From contig PS015024.1 of assembly GCA_048213135.1 (NCBI GenBank), forward strand, positions 223,208 through 287,137: a DNA stretch of 63,930 nucleotides, in the 5' to 3' direction. The stretch comes from Reclinomonas americana ATCC 50394. Lineage: Eukaryota. Position numbers and translations under genes: made by a program. Of the stretch, positions 11,501-25,200 are shown one piece after another (the first letter of the stretch is position 1; the number at the start of each line of letters is the position of its first letter). The notes beneath the pieces were generated by a model. That model ran no database searches. It was not told the DNA's origin and worked only from the letters and a program-made list of their open reading frames with translations.

Positions 11501-14500
11501 GAGGCAAGAAGAGCAACAAGAGAGACGCAACGGCTCAAACCACTTGCTTTCGCAGCAAGCCAATGCCAGTTTACGGACGCGGCTGCGCGCTTCGCGTGCC
11601 GTTGGTGGCAAGGCCTGGAGCAGAATGCCACGTCGAATGTCGCGCCACGCACGCTGCGTATCGGTGAGATACGCAGTGCCCACTTGCATTTGCATGTTCT
11701 GGACCACGATGGCGATGAAGATGTTGACCAGGAAAAAGTTGGCGGTGAGCACGAAAGCCACAAAGAACACCGAGTAGTAGGGGGCGCTGTTGGTGACCGG
11801 TGCCTGGCCTTGGCCTGTCATGCTGGTCGTGGCCCACAAGACCGGTGTCCAGTTGCTGAGAGTGGATGACTCGAACAGAACCAGCAGCGAATTGGCGGTG
11901 TTGTCGAAATTGTAGTATGGTGTTTTCCACGTGCGCGGAGCCACCACTCCTAGCGAGTTGGTGTAGTAGCCGAAACAACTGGTCTGATTGAGTGCACTAT
12001 CGCTGCATCGGTACAGACCGCCAGCGAACAAGTTGACGCCAAACAGGGCAAACAGGAGGTAGATGAACAAGCCGACAATGGCGACGTTGAGTAGCTGACT
12101 CGAGGCCTTGCCGAGAGATTCGAGCACAACTTGTGCGCCTGGGAGGAGAGAGACAATTGATGGGAAGGGAGTGACGGCGACGTGATGCAGAGAGCAAAAC
12201 GCACCTCGATTCCGTTTGAAGAGACGGAGTACTTTCAAGCAGCGAAGCGCGTCGAAACCGGCAATGTGCAGCAATTCACCGTACAGTTCGATGAGCAGCA
12301 GCAGATCCAGCCAGTTCCACTTGCTACGCAGATAGCCGTCGGGGCTGAAGAGGACGCCGTGTGCCACTGTCTTCAGCACAAAGTCCAACGAGAACACTAC
12401 CGCCAGCACGCAGTTGGTGATGTTGAGTGCACGCAACACATCCGACGAGTTGTCGTCATCAGCGCGATTCAGAATCAGGAATGCCAGCGTCACCAATGTG
12501 GCCAGCAACACTGTCCAGTTCCACACCGTGGATTCCACCCACACATGAGCGATTTTGCGGACGGTGTTGTTGGGCCCGAGCCAGCCGAACGAATAATCGG
12601 GGAATTGGTTGTCTGCAAGCAAGTGCTGTGCGTGAGCCATCACCCGATACACAGCTATCTTCCATAGCAGTGACGCAACTCAAGATCGACTTGTACCGAT
12701 CAGTCTCGCCCAGACCATTCAGCCTCGTCACCTTGGTCATGCTGCAGTGATCGATGATCAGACAACATTTCTGGCATGGCGGTGCACACGACAGTAAGGG
12801 CGGTTCCTCACCTGCTCATCTTGTCGTCCTTCTTAGGCGCTTTTTCCGGATCCACATCGTCAACTGCTTCCTCTTCTGCCTGCTGAACGACGAAGCCGCA
12901 GCCAATCAACAGACTGCGACCGCACGTCCGCTTCGTCGGTTGCTTCATCTTGCGAGCGCGAACAGTAGTCTTTTCCCATCGTGAGGCATCGTAGTACATC
13001 TTGCAGCGGCGCTCGTACTCCTCTGGGGTCTGTCCCAGTGGTCCGCTGTCTTCCGAACCTATCAGCAAGCCACAGTGCTTGTGAGTTGTCTTCTCTTACA
13101 GAACACAGGCTGACTTTGCAACATGTATCCGCAACTCGACGAAGAGGAATAACCGTCATCGTCGTCCTCTGCCTCGCCCTTCTCGGACGGAATCGCAGCC
13201 GATTGAACAGATGCCGCCGACACCAGAAGCGTCGGTTTGTTGGCTGCCGACACGAACAAACTGTCGGTTCGTGACTTGCCAAACTGCGCAATGTTGCTCG
13301 TGCTGTCGGCCATGCTTCCGACAGCCGGCAGCACCTTGCCACGTGTGCTCTGCTTGGACGAAGGTCGTGAGCTCTGCTTCGATGACGGCCGTCCACTCCT
13401 CCGCGCCGTGTGCTCCTCTCGCGGCTGGCAAAACATGATGCGGAACAGTCGTCGTAGCGCCATGTAGAGGCGGAACAGGGTGGTGATAGGCAACTGTGCA
13501 ATGTTCACACGCACACCCAAATCAGTCAACGTGGATCACCAAAGAGGAGTACGGGGGGGAATGCGAAACCTTTCTCTTGCCGCTTGCCTCGACATCCATC
13601 ACCTCCTGCTGCTGCATGCGCTGCTTGGTGTCTTGGTCGACATCGAATGCCTCGACGATAATGGCCAAGAACAGGTTAATGACGATGACTGGTGAGAGAA
13701 AGCACAAAGTAGTGTGAGCCTGCTTGTGGATTCCACCCTTCCAAAATCATCACAGCATACGCAACACTTGGCAAAGAGGATGTAGCACACAAAGTAGAGA
13801 ACGGTCGACAATAGGCGTTCGCTCATCAATGGGTAAATGAGATATGGCCAGCCGTCCGCCGACATTAGCTGTAACGGAAGAGTCAACATGTGTGTGTGTG
13901 AGAGAGAGATGACGGGTGACCATAGGCTACTCGTCAAGACTGAAACACAGACCTCGAATGCAACAATCAAGGCCTCCCAAAAGGTAGTAAACTGCCCGTA
14001 CGATGTCGGAATGACCAAGTCGCCGAACAACTGCATGCCAATGATGCCGAACACGATCAACACAAAGGCGATGAAGATGAACACGTTGAGGATGCCTTCG
14101 ATCGAGTTACTGAGCTTGCTCTGTTGAGTGACGCAACACAGAACAGTGCAGGTGTAAGCAAGACAGATAAACAGTATGCGTCTGAGTTTGTATGACACGC
14201 CACGCACAATCAGTTCTCGTGGTCCCTTGAGACGCCGGAACAGTTTGAACAGGCGGAGCAAACGGAACGAGCGCAGCAGACTGAGATTCGACGAGGCCAG
14301 TACGACGCTGATTACCGAAGCAACCACCACCACGAAATCAAACTGGAATCGCCCTGGATGCCACACATCTAGCAGTTAGTCGCACTGACATTATGAAGGA
14401 AAGGAACGAGCACGAATGCCGCACCCCAGCGGAAGTACTCGAGCGGGTTGCCGAGTGCGCACATGATGAGAACCATCTCCAGCGCAAACACGCAGGTGAA

Positions 14501-17500
14501 TGCGATTTCCGAAATGTCTGCGTCACGGACGCAGAGCAGTTAAGTATCGCGCCCAGCGAGAAGCACTCACAAGCGCAAACGCACTGAGAAGTTCCATGAG
14601 TGCGTTGTCGGCCGGATATCTGTAGAGCACCATGAACGCCGTGTTGGCCACTGTGGGAAGAGAGAGAGGGAGTGGTCAGATGCAGTTGTGCGCGAATTAG
14701 GTAGATGAGCTGCCCACGTACCGATGAACAAGCTGGTGACAATCTCAAACGACGGCGACAGAATCCAGCGCTGAAGTCTGTGAACCCATTTGTAGCTGCC
14801 AATCAGGCGCATGCGGCTGAGTGGAGTCACTTCGTCTTCCACGTCGATCACAACAACGGTAGAGATGTCCTCGGTACTCTTGGCGCGTCCAAACGCCACT
14901 GAGTTTCCCACACTCGGTCGTGCTCCTGCCGGCCACATTTCTCCCACAGAAGTGCTCGAGTACTGCACAAACAAATGAGCGACATGCTGGTGGTGGCAGG
15001 AGAAGAAGCAGGAGTACATCCACGAACCGCGCCGCCAGTCATGATGCGTCGGCGAGCGACCTCGGCCAGTTCCTGTAAGCAACGAATACAGTGAGTCGCT
15101 TAAAATGCATCATTGTCGGAAACACAGTCGCTGTTAACCTCTGAAGTAATCTGCAGAAACGAAACGCAATGCAATATAATGAGATGCGCTAGGAAAAATG
15201 ACAAGAGCAGATCTCAGACGAAAAGAACTCACTCCTCGGGCTCGCACAAGATCCTCCTCCCGATCAGGAAGCTGAAACGACGCACGGAAGAAATGAGTTG
15301 AACAGGCTGTGAAGGTAGTGAAAAAGACGAGAGGGATTCTGCTACGCACCGACTCCACCGACAACTGGTTCTGACTCGGGACAATCTGCAGAGGCTGCAA
15401 CACATGTGAGACAACCAGAGACAACATTGGAGGAGTGACGTTTTTTTGCTTCACATACCTGCACACTGGCGGCGTCATCCCTGCTTGAGAATCCCTCACT
15501 CACCTGCGACCTGCGTCGCACAACGCGCACTGTCGCCTGCTGCACAGAGCCCGATCTAGCCGACTCTGCATGACCCAGAGAGTAACATGAGAGACTGACG
15601 CGCTCGCAAGATGCCCTCTTTTTCACACACGTACCCAGCGGATTGGGCGACAGGCGGTCCGTGAGTAGTGGCGATTGACGACCTTGCAGTCGCGGAGAAA
15701 TGCCGCCGCGCAGGGTGACCGGATTCGGCGCCTCGATAGCTTCTGCGTCGAGGAGCGACGGCACACTGCGTTCCGTCATCAAGTCCGGCGTGACTGCACG
15801 AACACGGTTTCCGACAGATTGTGCGTGCCGCGCGGACAGCAATGTCGACGGCCGCCGTGCTGATGCCAGAAGACTAGCTTCGGTGAGAGTCGCTCCAGGC
15901 AGATTCGACTCCGCCACTCTCTCGACCGCCTGCGTCGGCGGGGGCGCCCATTGGTCGGTAACAGGAATGCGGGTGAAATCGTATGAGCTTCGCACGTCCA
16001 CGTCAGCCACCGATGCCCGTCGAATGCCGGCAAGCGATCCACGCCGTACGACTACAAAGTCGGGTCGTGGTGACGTCTGCGCATCGTTGATGTCGTGTCC
16101 TTCCAGGCGCACGCGGAAGCCGATGCGGCTGTCGCGTCGACTCATATTTCGCTGGGAGAACTTGGCACTGATGGCAGCCACTGACGACCTTCGTCGTGGC
16201 GCGGATGCACTTCCCGGAGCTGCGCTATCCAGTCGTCGTTTTGAGCTGTTGTATGGTGCTCATTTTTTCAGTGACCATTTTCTGCAGAGACCGCGCACAC
16301 AACAGAGATAGATAAACAAACCTCTGTTGTGACACAAAGCCGGATTCGCCACGGGCACGAATGCGTGCAAACGTCTCACTGATCACGGCGACGAAGAGAT
16401 TGACCGCGATGCTGCATTGGTGTCGCAGGCAGGTGAGACAAGGAACGCGACACGTTGTGACGGTCACCGCACGCAACAAGCAAAGCAGCACCACAAGAAT
16501 CATGTTGTACAAGAGGCTGTAGGAGAATGTGGCGTCCATCTACATGCAAGATAGTGTTAGAGCGTTCGTGTGACGCATGCCGGTGGCGTTTCAAGCGCGC
16601 GTGCAGACCTCGGCATACATAAAGTCGGTCCATCCGATTAGAGTCAGTGTGTGTAACACCGCCATCATGGCGCTTCCCATGTTGTCAAAGTGCGCAAAGT
16701 ATGGAGGATTCCCGTAATCCTGTGCATGTACACACGGAGGTGAGTGAGGGCAAGTCGCGCGCATACATATTTCGTAAGCCGTCAACAAGACGTACCGCCA
16801 TGCACTGCTGCTGACCGGGACATTGAAAGCCGGTGTGCCTTGTGGTGGAACATACGGCGGCTGGGATGGATACGAGCGTGCTGTCGTTCCCCAGTGCACA
16901 CCGACCACGAAAACTGCCGCTGAACATCACCAGGCCAATAACTGCAAAGAGCGTCACCGTGACCAGCAGGAATAGGGAGACGTTGATCAGCAGCGACAGT
17001 GACTCGCGCAGGCTCTCCAGGATGGCACGCATGCCCTTCAGCATCTTGATAGCGCGCAGCGGTCGAATGGCACGCAGCGCACGAACGGCCGACAGTGAGA
17101 CGCTCACTTCGGCGGTCATGGCAATCCACGAAGTGACCAGAATGATAAAGTCCAAGCGGTGCCACGGATTCCGCAGATACGAGTGTTTGTGCAGCACTGC
17201 TCCGAGTGCCACTATTTTCAAGCCCACCTCCGCCGTGAAGAAGACCAACGTGTAAAAGTCAATCTGGTACAGCACGTGCTGAAAGCCCTTGGCCGATGAC
17301 ATGGTCAAACGCGGGTCCTCGGCCGCCAGCGTCACCACACTGAGAATCACCACGGTGTAGACGATAAAGTCGCACACTGGATGGAAGAGTACAGCAGCGA
17401 GCCACTTGCGAAACACGTTGTCGGCCGACAGCAGCCACAATGAGCGTGAATGGAGCTCATATTTTGGCTCTGGTGCCACGGGTGCTGCTGCTGCTGCTGC

Positions 17501-17887
17501 TGCTCCTCCCGTGTCGTCCGTCGATATGTTGGAACTGCTGGTGCGACGTGCGGGCGAAGCGCATCGTGAGGCGTTGCGCGTGGCGGTGGCCTGCGGGGTT
17601 CACAGAGTATGCGTTGGCAATCAGTGTGGGGTGAGTTTTGGGACACGTGCACTCACCGGACTCTTCAGCTCATCCTCTGTGAAGAACTGCACCGACTTGC
17701 GCTGCACTATCGGCGCAAGCGACAGATGTTGCCTCGGCGTGGTGCCGAGGCCGCCACTGCTCTCACTTGTCAGTCCATCACGCACATGTGCAAAAAAGAG
17801 GTGTGTGTGTGTGTGTGACGTCGACACACGCACGCGCGCAACTCTGTCTCTCTGTTCATGGGAGGGCGTGGCGGAGAACGGCGACAC
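8548..17887 (-). CDS. Four-domain voltage-gated-like cation channel (NALCN/Cch1-like) with a C-terminal calmodulin-like domain; start codon uncertain
   Basis: Four 6TM repeats with S4 segments RALRAIRPLRAIK, RSFRLLRLFKLFRR, RCLKVLRLFKR and RILRILRLVH. Pore loops TLIGW, SADGW, TLSNW and TADNW. III-IV linker GTAYLTDTQRAW and DIV FGTVRFGSCLNRQANF...VQKPFC resemble NALCN/Cch1. Four EF-hands downstream. Confidence 0.9.
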
Positions 17888-18178
17888 GCTTCCTCACTTG
17901 CGCGGCCGAATAAACCGTCTTCTCGCCTTTTCTCACAGGAAACTCAAAAATCAATTGAATGCGCGCGACCGTTAGTGCCAGGACTGACTGTTTCGATCGG
18001 TTTGGTGTGACGTGGCCGAAGAGCTCCCGGTGCGCACGTACACAACGGAGGTGACCACGCACAAGCACGCAGAAAGAAGGGGAGGGGGAGGAGGAGGGAG
18101 AAGAGGAGACTATCCATGGTTGGGGTGCTTGGACATACCCGTATGAAATGCAATGTACCCGGCATGTCACGAGCAGTT

Positions 18179-21100
18179 TCATTGCTCGACATTGCGGCGC
18201 AAGAGCAGGGGGATAACGGCCAAAATCCGATAGACGACGGGCAGCAGGATGCACAGTAGCATATTCTGCAACTGACCGTCGGCCGTGAAGCCGAATGTCG
18301 CCAGCACTGCGCGACGCACCGAGTGAGCAAGTCGTGCTCAAAAAAAGCAGTATTTTTTCATGCTTGCCGAAAATGGCAGTTTTCATCTGCAGGTCACACA
18401 CACCTTGTGCACCGTTCTGAATGGGACACTGGCCGTTGGGCAAGCGCTCGCTGTCGGTGCATGTGAAANNNNNNNNNNNNNNNNNNNNATCACGTCGGGG
18501 CCGCCGAACTCGTTGGCCATGACTGCAGGGCACAGCGGGATCAGTTTGTGGCAGAGTGTGAAGAGGGGGGACGATGACGGAAAATGCAACTTGCAAAGGT
18601 GCCGTAGCGCACCGGCGCCATGTACGACACCCACTTGATGACTGCGCGCGGCACGTCAGCCAGGAGGAGAGGAAAGGCACACACACACACACACACGCAC
18701 ACACACGCAACATCCCGGGAGGGTGGACATAGTTCGCAGAATGCCGTTCAGCAATGCAAACACGGTGACAATACCGGAGGCCACATTGCTGGCGACGCCG
18801 ATATCCTGGAAGATGCTCATGGCGAAGATGGCGGCACTCTCACCTGCCGCGAGGAGAAGATGAGCGACGCGAGGTAGCACGATAAGCAAGCGATAACAAC
18901 AACGGCGCACCCGAATGCTGGCACATCATTTGCGCAAACATGAACGAGAAGAACACCCACGGCGACGACATGCGCAGGTTGATGCCGAAGAAGAACACCA
19001 CGGCATACACGGCACTCGAGATGAGCTCAATCGGCAACGTATGCAGCGTGTACGCAGTGGCCCACGCTCCCAACGAATACATCGAATCCAGTCGTTCGCG
19101 CATGTACACGTCGCGCTCTGCCGGAACTGTGGGCACACACACAAAGTCAGCAACTGTCTCGCACACNNNNNNNNNNNNNNNNNNNNNNNNNNNNNNNNNN
19201 NNNNNNNNNNNNNNNNNNNNNNNNNNNNNNNNNNNNNNNNNNNNNNNNNNNNNNNNNNNNNNNNNNNNNNNNNNNNNNNNNNNNNNNNNNNNNNNNNNNN
19301 NNNNNNNNNNNNNNNNNNNNNNNNNNNNNNNNNNNNNNNNNNNNNNNNNNNNNNNNNNNNNNNNNNNNNNNNNNNNNNNNNNNNNNNNNNNNNNNNNNNN
19401 NNNNNNNNNNNNNNNNNNNNNNNNNNNNNNNNNNNNNNNNNNNNNNNNNNNNNNNNNNNNNNNNNNNNNNNNNNNNNNNNNNNNNNNNNNNNNNNNNNNN
19501 NNNNNNNNNNNNNNNNNNNNNNNNNNNNNNNNNNNNNNNNNNNNNNNNNNNNNNNNNNNNNNNNNNNNNNNNNNNNNNNNNNNNNNNNNNNNNNNNNNNN
19601 NNNNNNNNNNNNNNNNNNNNNNNNNNNNNNNNNNNNNNNNNNNNNNNNNNNNNNNNNNNNNNNNNNNNNNNNNNNNNNNNNNNNNNNNNNNNNNNNNNNN
19701 NNNNNNNNNNNNNNNNNNNNNNNNNNNNNNNNNNNNNNNNNNNNNNNNNNNNNNNNNNNNNNNNNNNNNNNNNNNNNNNNNNNNNNNNNNNNNNNNNNNN
19801 NNNNNNNNNNNNNNNNNNNNNNNNNNNNNNNNNNNNNNNNNNNNNNNGCTGGGAGCACACTGCAGGCACGCGACGCAACAGGCAGCAGCAGCACAAATCG
19901 TGCCCAGGAAATATGGACCGGCAAGAGCCTGTGCGTCATATTGATTTTTGTGAGGGCCTCCCACTCGCTTTCCCATTCACAGCAACGAGCCAAACCTCGT
20001 AAATGAGACCGATGCGATCGTGCACGCCGTTCTGATCGTTACCGAGGCGAAAGATGAAAGCCATCATGATCACGGAGAAGGCGATGAGACCGGCCATGCG
20101 GTTTCCAGTGTTGGTGAAATCGCGCATCAGCCCGCGGAACATGCGACCGGTGAGCAAGAACACGGCGCGGAAAAAGTTGGCGCGATGCATCGACACTGAC
20201 GACGCACAGTGGGCGCACGATCAGCGCAGGGTGGAGAGGGCAAGGGCGTGCAAAAAATCGCAACATTGGGACAGCTGCTTGGGATCAGCGCGTTCGTCGT
20301 GGCGGCGGCCGCCGGCCGCGGCCACCAACGGAGACAAGTCGTCGGATTCCGAGACATCGCTCAGCGTGTGAGTCAGAGCACTGCCAGTAGTGCTTGTACG
20401 TCGTGGTCGCTTGACAACAGCCTGCTGCTGCTCCACATCGCTCTTGATGGCGCGAGTGGCGAACATGCGTCTCCTCATGTCGGAGTCGGCGTAGTGCCGT
20501 GCGAGGTCCTCCAGTCTCTGCGTCGTTGCCGTCTCCAGTTCTGGTGTGCGACGATCGACCGTGGCCAGATCGACTGTGACACGCGAGAGGTGAGTCTGCG
20601 ACTGAGGCTGCGAAAAAAGAAAGCAACACAGGCTCACTTGCAAAGTCGGCTGGATTGGTGTAGATGCCGCACTCGTAGCCGACTGCTCTTGGTGGGTGAG
20701 TACACTTCTTTGTCTCTCTTGTGCACGTCGGAGCAACACAATCATCAGCAATTGCGACGGAACTGCGTGAGAAATAGTCGACCAGGTCGGCGGCCGGACC
20801 AAAGTAGGCCACACGGCCCTCACTCAGCACCATGACCACGTCAAACAGTTCTGCATAATACACGATAAGTTGGATGAAGTTGGGAAGCCAGCGGCACGCT
20901 GCATGTACACACCATAAATGTCCGACCGAGGCTGATGAACTGCGCTCGACGAGGAGGAGAAGGAGGATGAGCGAGCGAGTGGTTTTTGGCCTGCAGACAA
21001 AGAGGGAACACACCCGTGCACACGACCGTGTGCCCGTCACGAGCCAGATCGCCCAGCGATTCCATGACATGGTGGCTGGTGAAGGCGTCCAAGCCGGTGG

Positions 21101-22185
21101 TCGGCTAATGCAAAAACACCAGAGTTAACCAAGAACACAGGCGCCACGCAAGGCACACACACACTGCAAACCTCGTCCAGCAGGAGCAAGCCTGTGCGCA
21201 CAAGTCAAGATATCAGCGGAAGAAGCAACAGCGACGGCAACAGAAAAAGGAAACGCAACTGGGATTTGTGATTAGCTGAATGCCGATTGTTGTGCGACGA
21301 CGCTCGCCTCCGCTGATTCCCCGCTGCGAAGCAAAAGAGCATGAGAGCACTTGTTCAGCAGCTGACGAGACCACCGCACGTACGCAACATGCAGCTCATC
21401 GCCCACTCGCCGATCGGCGCAGTGCAGCAGACCGAGCTCACTCAGCACCTGATTCACCTGCTGCTGCGTCAGCTCACATCGCTCTCTCTCTCTCTCTCAC
21501 TCCCTCTTCACAGCCAACAACGTACTCGTTTCTCCTTCTCACGCCGGGTAAGCGTCTGCGGCAGTCGAAACTCGGCGGCATACGTCAGTGTCTCCCGCAC
21601 CGTCAGGTAATGCAAGAGACTGTCGGATTGCACCACATAGCCGGCGACTCGATCCCACAGTGAGCGCGAGTACGGCACTCCATTGACGGTCACCGAGCCA
21701 CTCTCCAGTCGCAGCGCCTTGGCCAGCCGACCGGCCAACAGATTCAACAGACTCGTCTTGCCTGCATGCATATGCATCAGTCATTTTTTTCATGCATGAT
21801 CAGTCTTTCCCTCATGCGCATTTCTCACACCTGATCCACTGCCACCGACAATGGCCATGAGCTGACCAGGCATGACACGACCACTGACATTGTCGAGAAT
21901 CACGCGACCTTGACGCGAGGCACCACCAGTGCTCTTCTGAATGATTGGCGCACGCACAGTCACATTGCTGAACTCCAGCGTCAATGGCACTGTCTCGCGA
22001 CTGCAGTGAGACAAGAGCGTGTCAGTGGCACAGGCGAGCGAGGGAGAGCAGAGACATACACACACAGACTTGAGAATGCGAGCGAGTGCCACAGAAGAGT
22101 CGTCGTTCACGGAATGCCCGTCGACGGAGCCCGAGGTCACACCACCACCGGCAGACAGCAGTCGAGTGCGCTCGTTCATTTGCAC
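18179..22185 (-). CDS. ABCG half transporter (NBD-TMD), ABCG5/ABCG8-like
   Basis: Walker A GGSGSGKTS, Q-loop GYVVQSDSLL, signature ISGGERRR, Walker B LLLLDEPTTGLD, TNPADF..DLATVDRR, TMD GVHDRIGLIYE and ERDVYMRER, and MANEFGG...CPIQNG. Confidence 0.92.
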
Positions 22186-22261
22186 TCACTGATGCACACA
22201 AACAAAACACGGAGGAAGGACACGACAAACGAAACTCCGACTGAAACACAAAGAACAAACA

Positions 22262-25200
22262 ATGCGTCGGTGAGCACACTGTGTCTATGCTCTCTCTCTC
22301 TCACTCACACTCACTCACTCTCACTCACACACACAAAGTGAGCGCAGTGGAGCAGACGACGACCGCGATGGGCTTCTCGTTGCGTCGCAGCCGACCTCGA
22401 TTGCCAGCCTGCAAGCTGTGCGCAGTCGCGAGTTTGGCTCCCAGCTGCGCCACAATCGCCTGCCTGTCACGGTCGAGTTCCGCCACTTGAGTGTGCATGT
22501 GCGCCCGCGTCGAGGCATGATGGAACGCCTCGTGCAGTGCTGCAAGACAACGAAGAGTGATGCAGATGATGCGCGACTGCTGCGCGTGTTGAATGATGTG
22601 TCGGGCGTGGTGCGACCGGGCCAGTTGCGTGTCTCGTGTTGCTGCTGCTGTGAGACGAGTTGTGCATGGTGTGACTTTTGTGTAGGTGTCTGGCGATTCT
22701 GGGCACGAGTGGTGCGGGCAAGACGACGCTGCTGAATGCGCTGGCGAACCGCAGCGAGGGTGGCACGTACTTTCAGGGCTCGTGCTCGTTGAATGGAGAG
22801 GATCTGCTGCGAACGGCCGGCGACACCACAGGTTTTCCGATGAGCAAGTTGGAGTGTTTGATGGCGGCTGCTGACTAACGTACGTGGCGCAGACTTGGTG
22901 GCGGCCAAGCGGTCGCCCATTGCGCACGAGTTGAGTGGGTACGTGAAGCAGGATGACATCCTGCCGGAGCACGTCACGGTGCAGGAGTACTTGCAGTTCT
23001 GTGCGCGTCTGCGTCTGCCGGCTTCGTACTCGGCCGAGGAGCGGCAAGCGCGTGTCGAGGCTGTCATTGCGGAGCTGAACTTGAAGCATGTGGCGCACAC
23101 GCGAATCGGTGGCACCTTTGTGCGCGGCATCTCTGGTGGCGAGCGACGACGAGTGAGTCTGTCTGCGTGCGCGCCTCGCACAGAGTCCTCGTCTGCTCAA
23201 TGGCGCGCGTTTGCAGGTCAGCATCGGAGTGCAGCTGATCAGCGATCCACCACTCTTGTTCCTGGACGAAGTGCGTGAAACTCGGCAGTCAACATGTTCC
23301 TCTGTCACTCACTCACCCACTCGTGTGTGTGTGGCAGCCGACGTCTGGGCTGGACGGCTTCACGGCACTCGCCGTGATGGACTTGTTGCTGGAGATTGCC
23401 CGCAACAATCGCACTGTGCGTGCTTGTGTGTTTCTCCTCTTCCTCCTCCTCCTCGCCAGTTCGCTCACAATGGCGTGCTCCACACCAGGTGATTTGCACC
23501 ATTCACGCTCCGCGCAGTGACATTTTCCGAAACATGGACCTGGTGGCCTGCCTGTCGGACGGACGCATGGCGTACTTTGGACCTGCTGCTTCGGTCTGTC
23601 TCTCGCACTTGTCCGAGCACTGTGTTGTGTTCGTGTGATCGCTCACGCGATTATATATGCACAGATGGTCGACTTTTTCAACACGGAGCTGGGCATGCCG
23701 TTCCCGCACTACGCCAACCCTGCCGACCACGTGTTGGACTTGATCGCCATCGACAATCGATTCCCGGAGATGGCGACAGAGACGCGCGGTCGCCTGAATC
23801 GAATTGTCGAGGCCTTTGAGCGCTCCGATGCGCACCGCTCGCTGTTTGACAAGGACGCGGCTGGCGGCAAGGCGAGTGGTGGTGGTGGTGGTGGTGGTGG
23901 TGGTGGCGATGGTAGGGCCGACGCACATCAAGTCAACGGGTATGGCCGCGGTGGTCTGGTGGCCTATTTGGAACGCGAGGGACTGCGCCGTCGCGCTGGC
24001 TTTTTTGCGCAGCTGTCGGCACTGCTGTACCGCAATTTCCTCATCATGATTCGCGACCCGAAAGTCGTGCTCTCTTCACTGCTGCAAGCCACCGGCATGG
24101 TACGCGAATGTGTGCACTTGGATTTTTTCGCGAGTGCTTGTGTGAGACTCACCGTACACGCAGGCTCTGTTGCTTGGAGGCGTATTCTTTCAGATGAGCA
24201 ACGATCAGCCAGGTGAGTGTGTGTGTGTGTGTCTCTCCTGGTCGGTGTGGTCTTGTCAGTGCTGATGGCACGTCCCACAGCCGTGCAAGACATGCAAGGA
24301 GCGCTCTACATTTACAGTTGCGTGCCGCCCGCATGCCCAAATCGCGCTCACACTGCCTGCCACTGACACCCTCTCTCTCTCTCTCTCTATCCCCGACAGT
24401 GAGCCTGTTCACATGTTTCGTTCAATGGCGCTGATGGGTAATGTGTATGTGCGTTGCGTGTTGTGTACTCATGTCGCGCATGCAGATATTACAATGATTG
24501 CCGCCATCGTGCAATGTTGCGTGTCCCTATGACCGTCTCCTACCGATTGCATCCTTCGCTCACTCTGATCTGCAATTCCGCACAGACGAACCGCAGCGAT
24601 CTGTGTACGCCCGCGAGCAAGAAGGTGTGTGTGTGTGTCTCTGCGCCGTGTGCACTTCCTGCATTCCGCTCAGTCATTGCATCAGACTCAATGTACGGAG
24701 CATTGCCGTTCCTCATGGCGAAGCTTTTGGCCGAGTTCACTCCCGTCATTGTGTACCACATTCTGTTCTGGTGAGCACGCCGGTTGTTGCAGTCGTGAAT
24801 CCACATGGACAACTCACGTGGCCACTGAATTTCTCGGCGAAATGTTCACAGCACCATCAGCTACTGGATGGAGGGCCTCAATTCGACGCCGACTCGATTC
24901 TTCATCTTTGTGGGCATTGTGTTCTCGCTGACATACTCATGCATGATGCTCGGATTGGCCATCACGACGCTCGTTGGCAATTTTGCCACGGCCAGCACCA
25001 CGGGGTGTGTGCATCAAAGTGTCGCCCGCTTGTCGCTGTCTCATGACTCAACAACTGCTCTTGCGTGCCGCAGGAATACCTTGTTCACATTGTTCCTGTT
25101 CAGTTCTGGATGGGTCTTCAATCTGGAGAGCATCAGTTTCGTGCCACAGCGACGTAGTGTCGTCCCTCTTTTTTTCTCACTCTCCTGTTTCTCCGCATGC

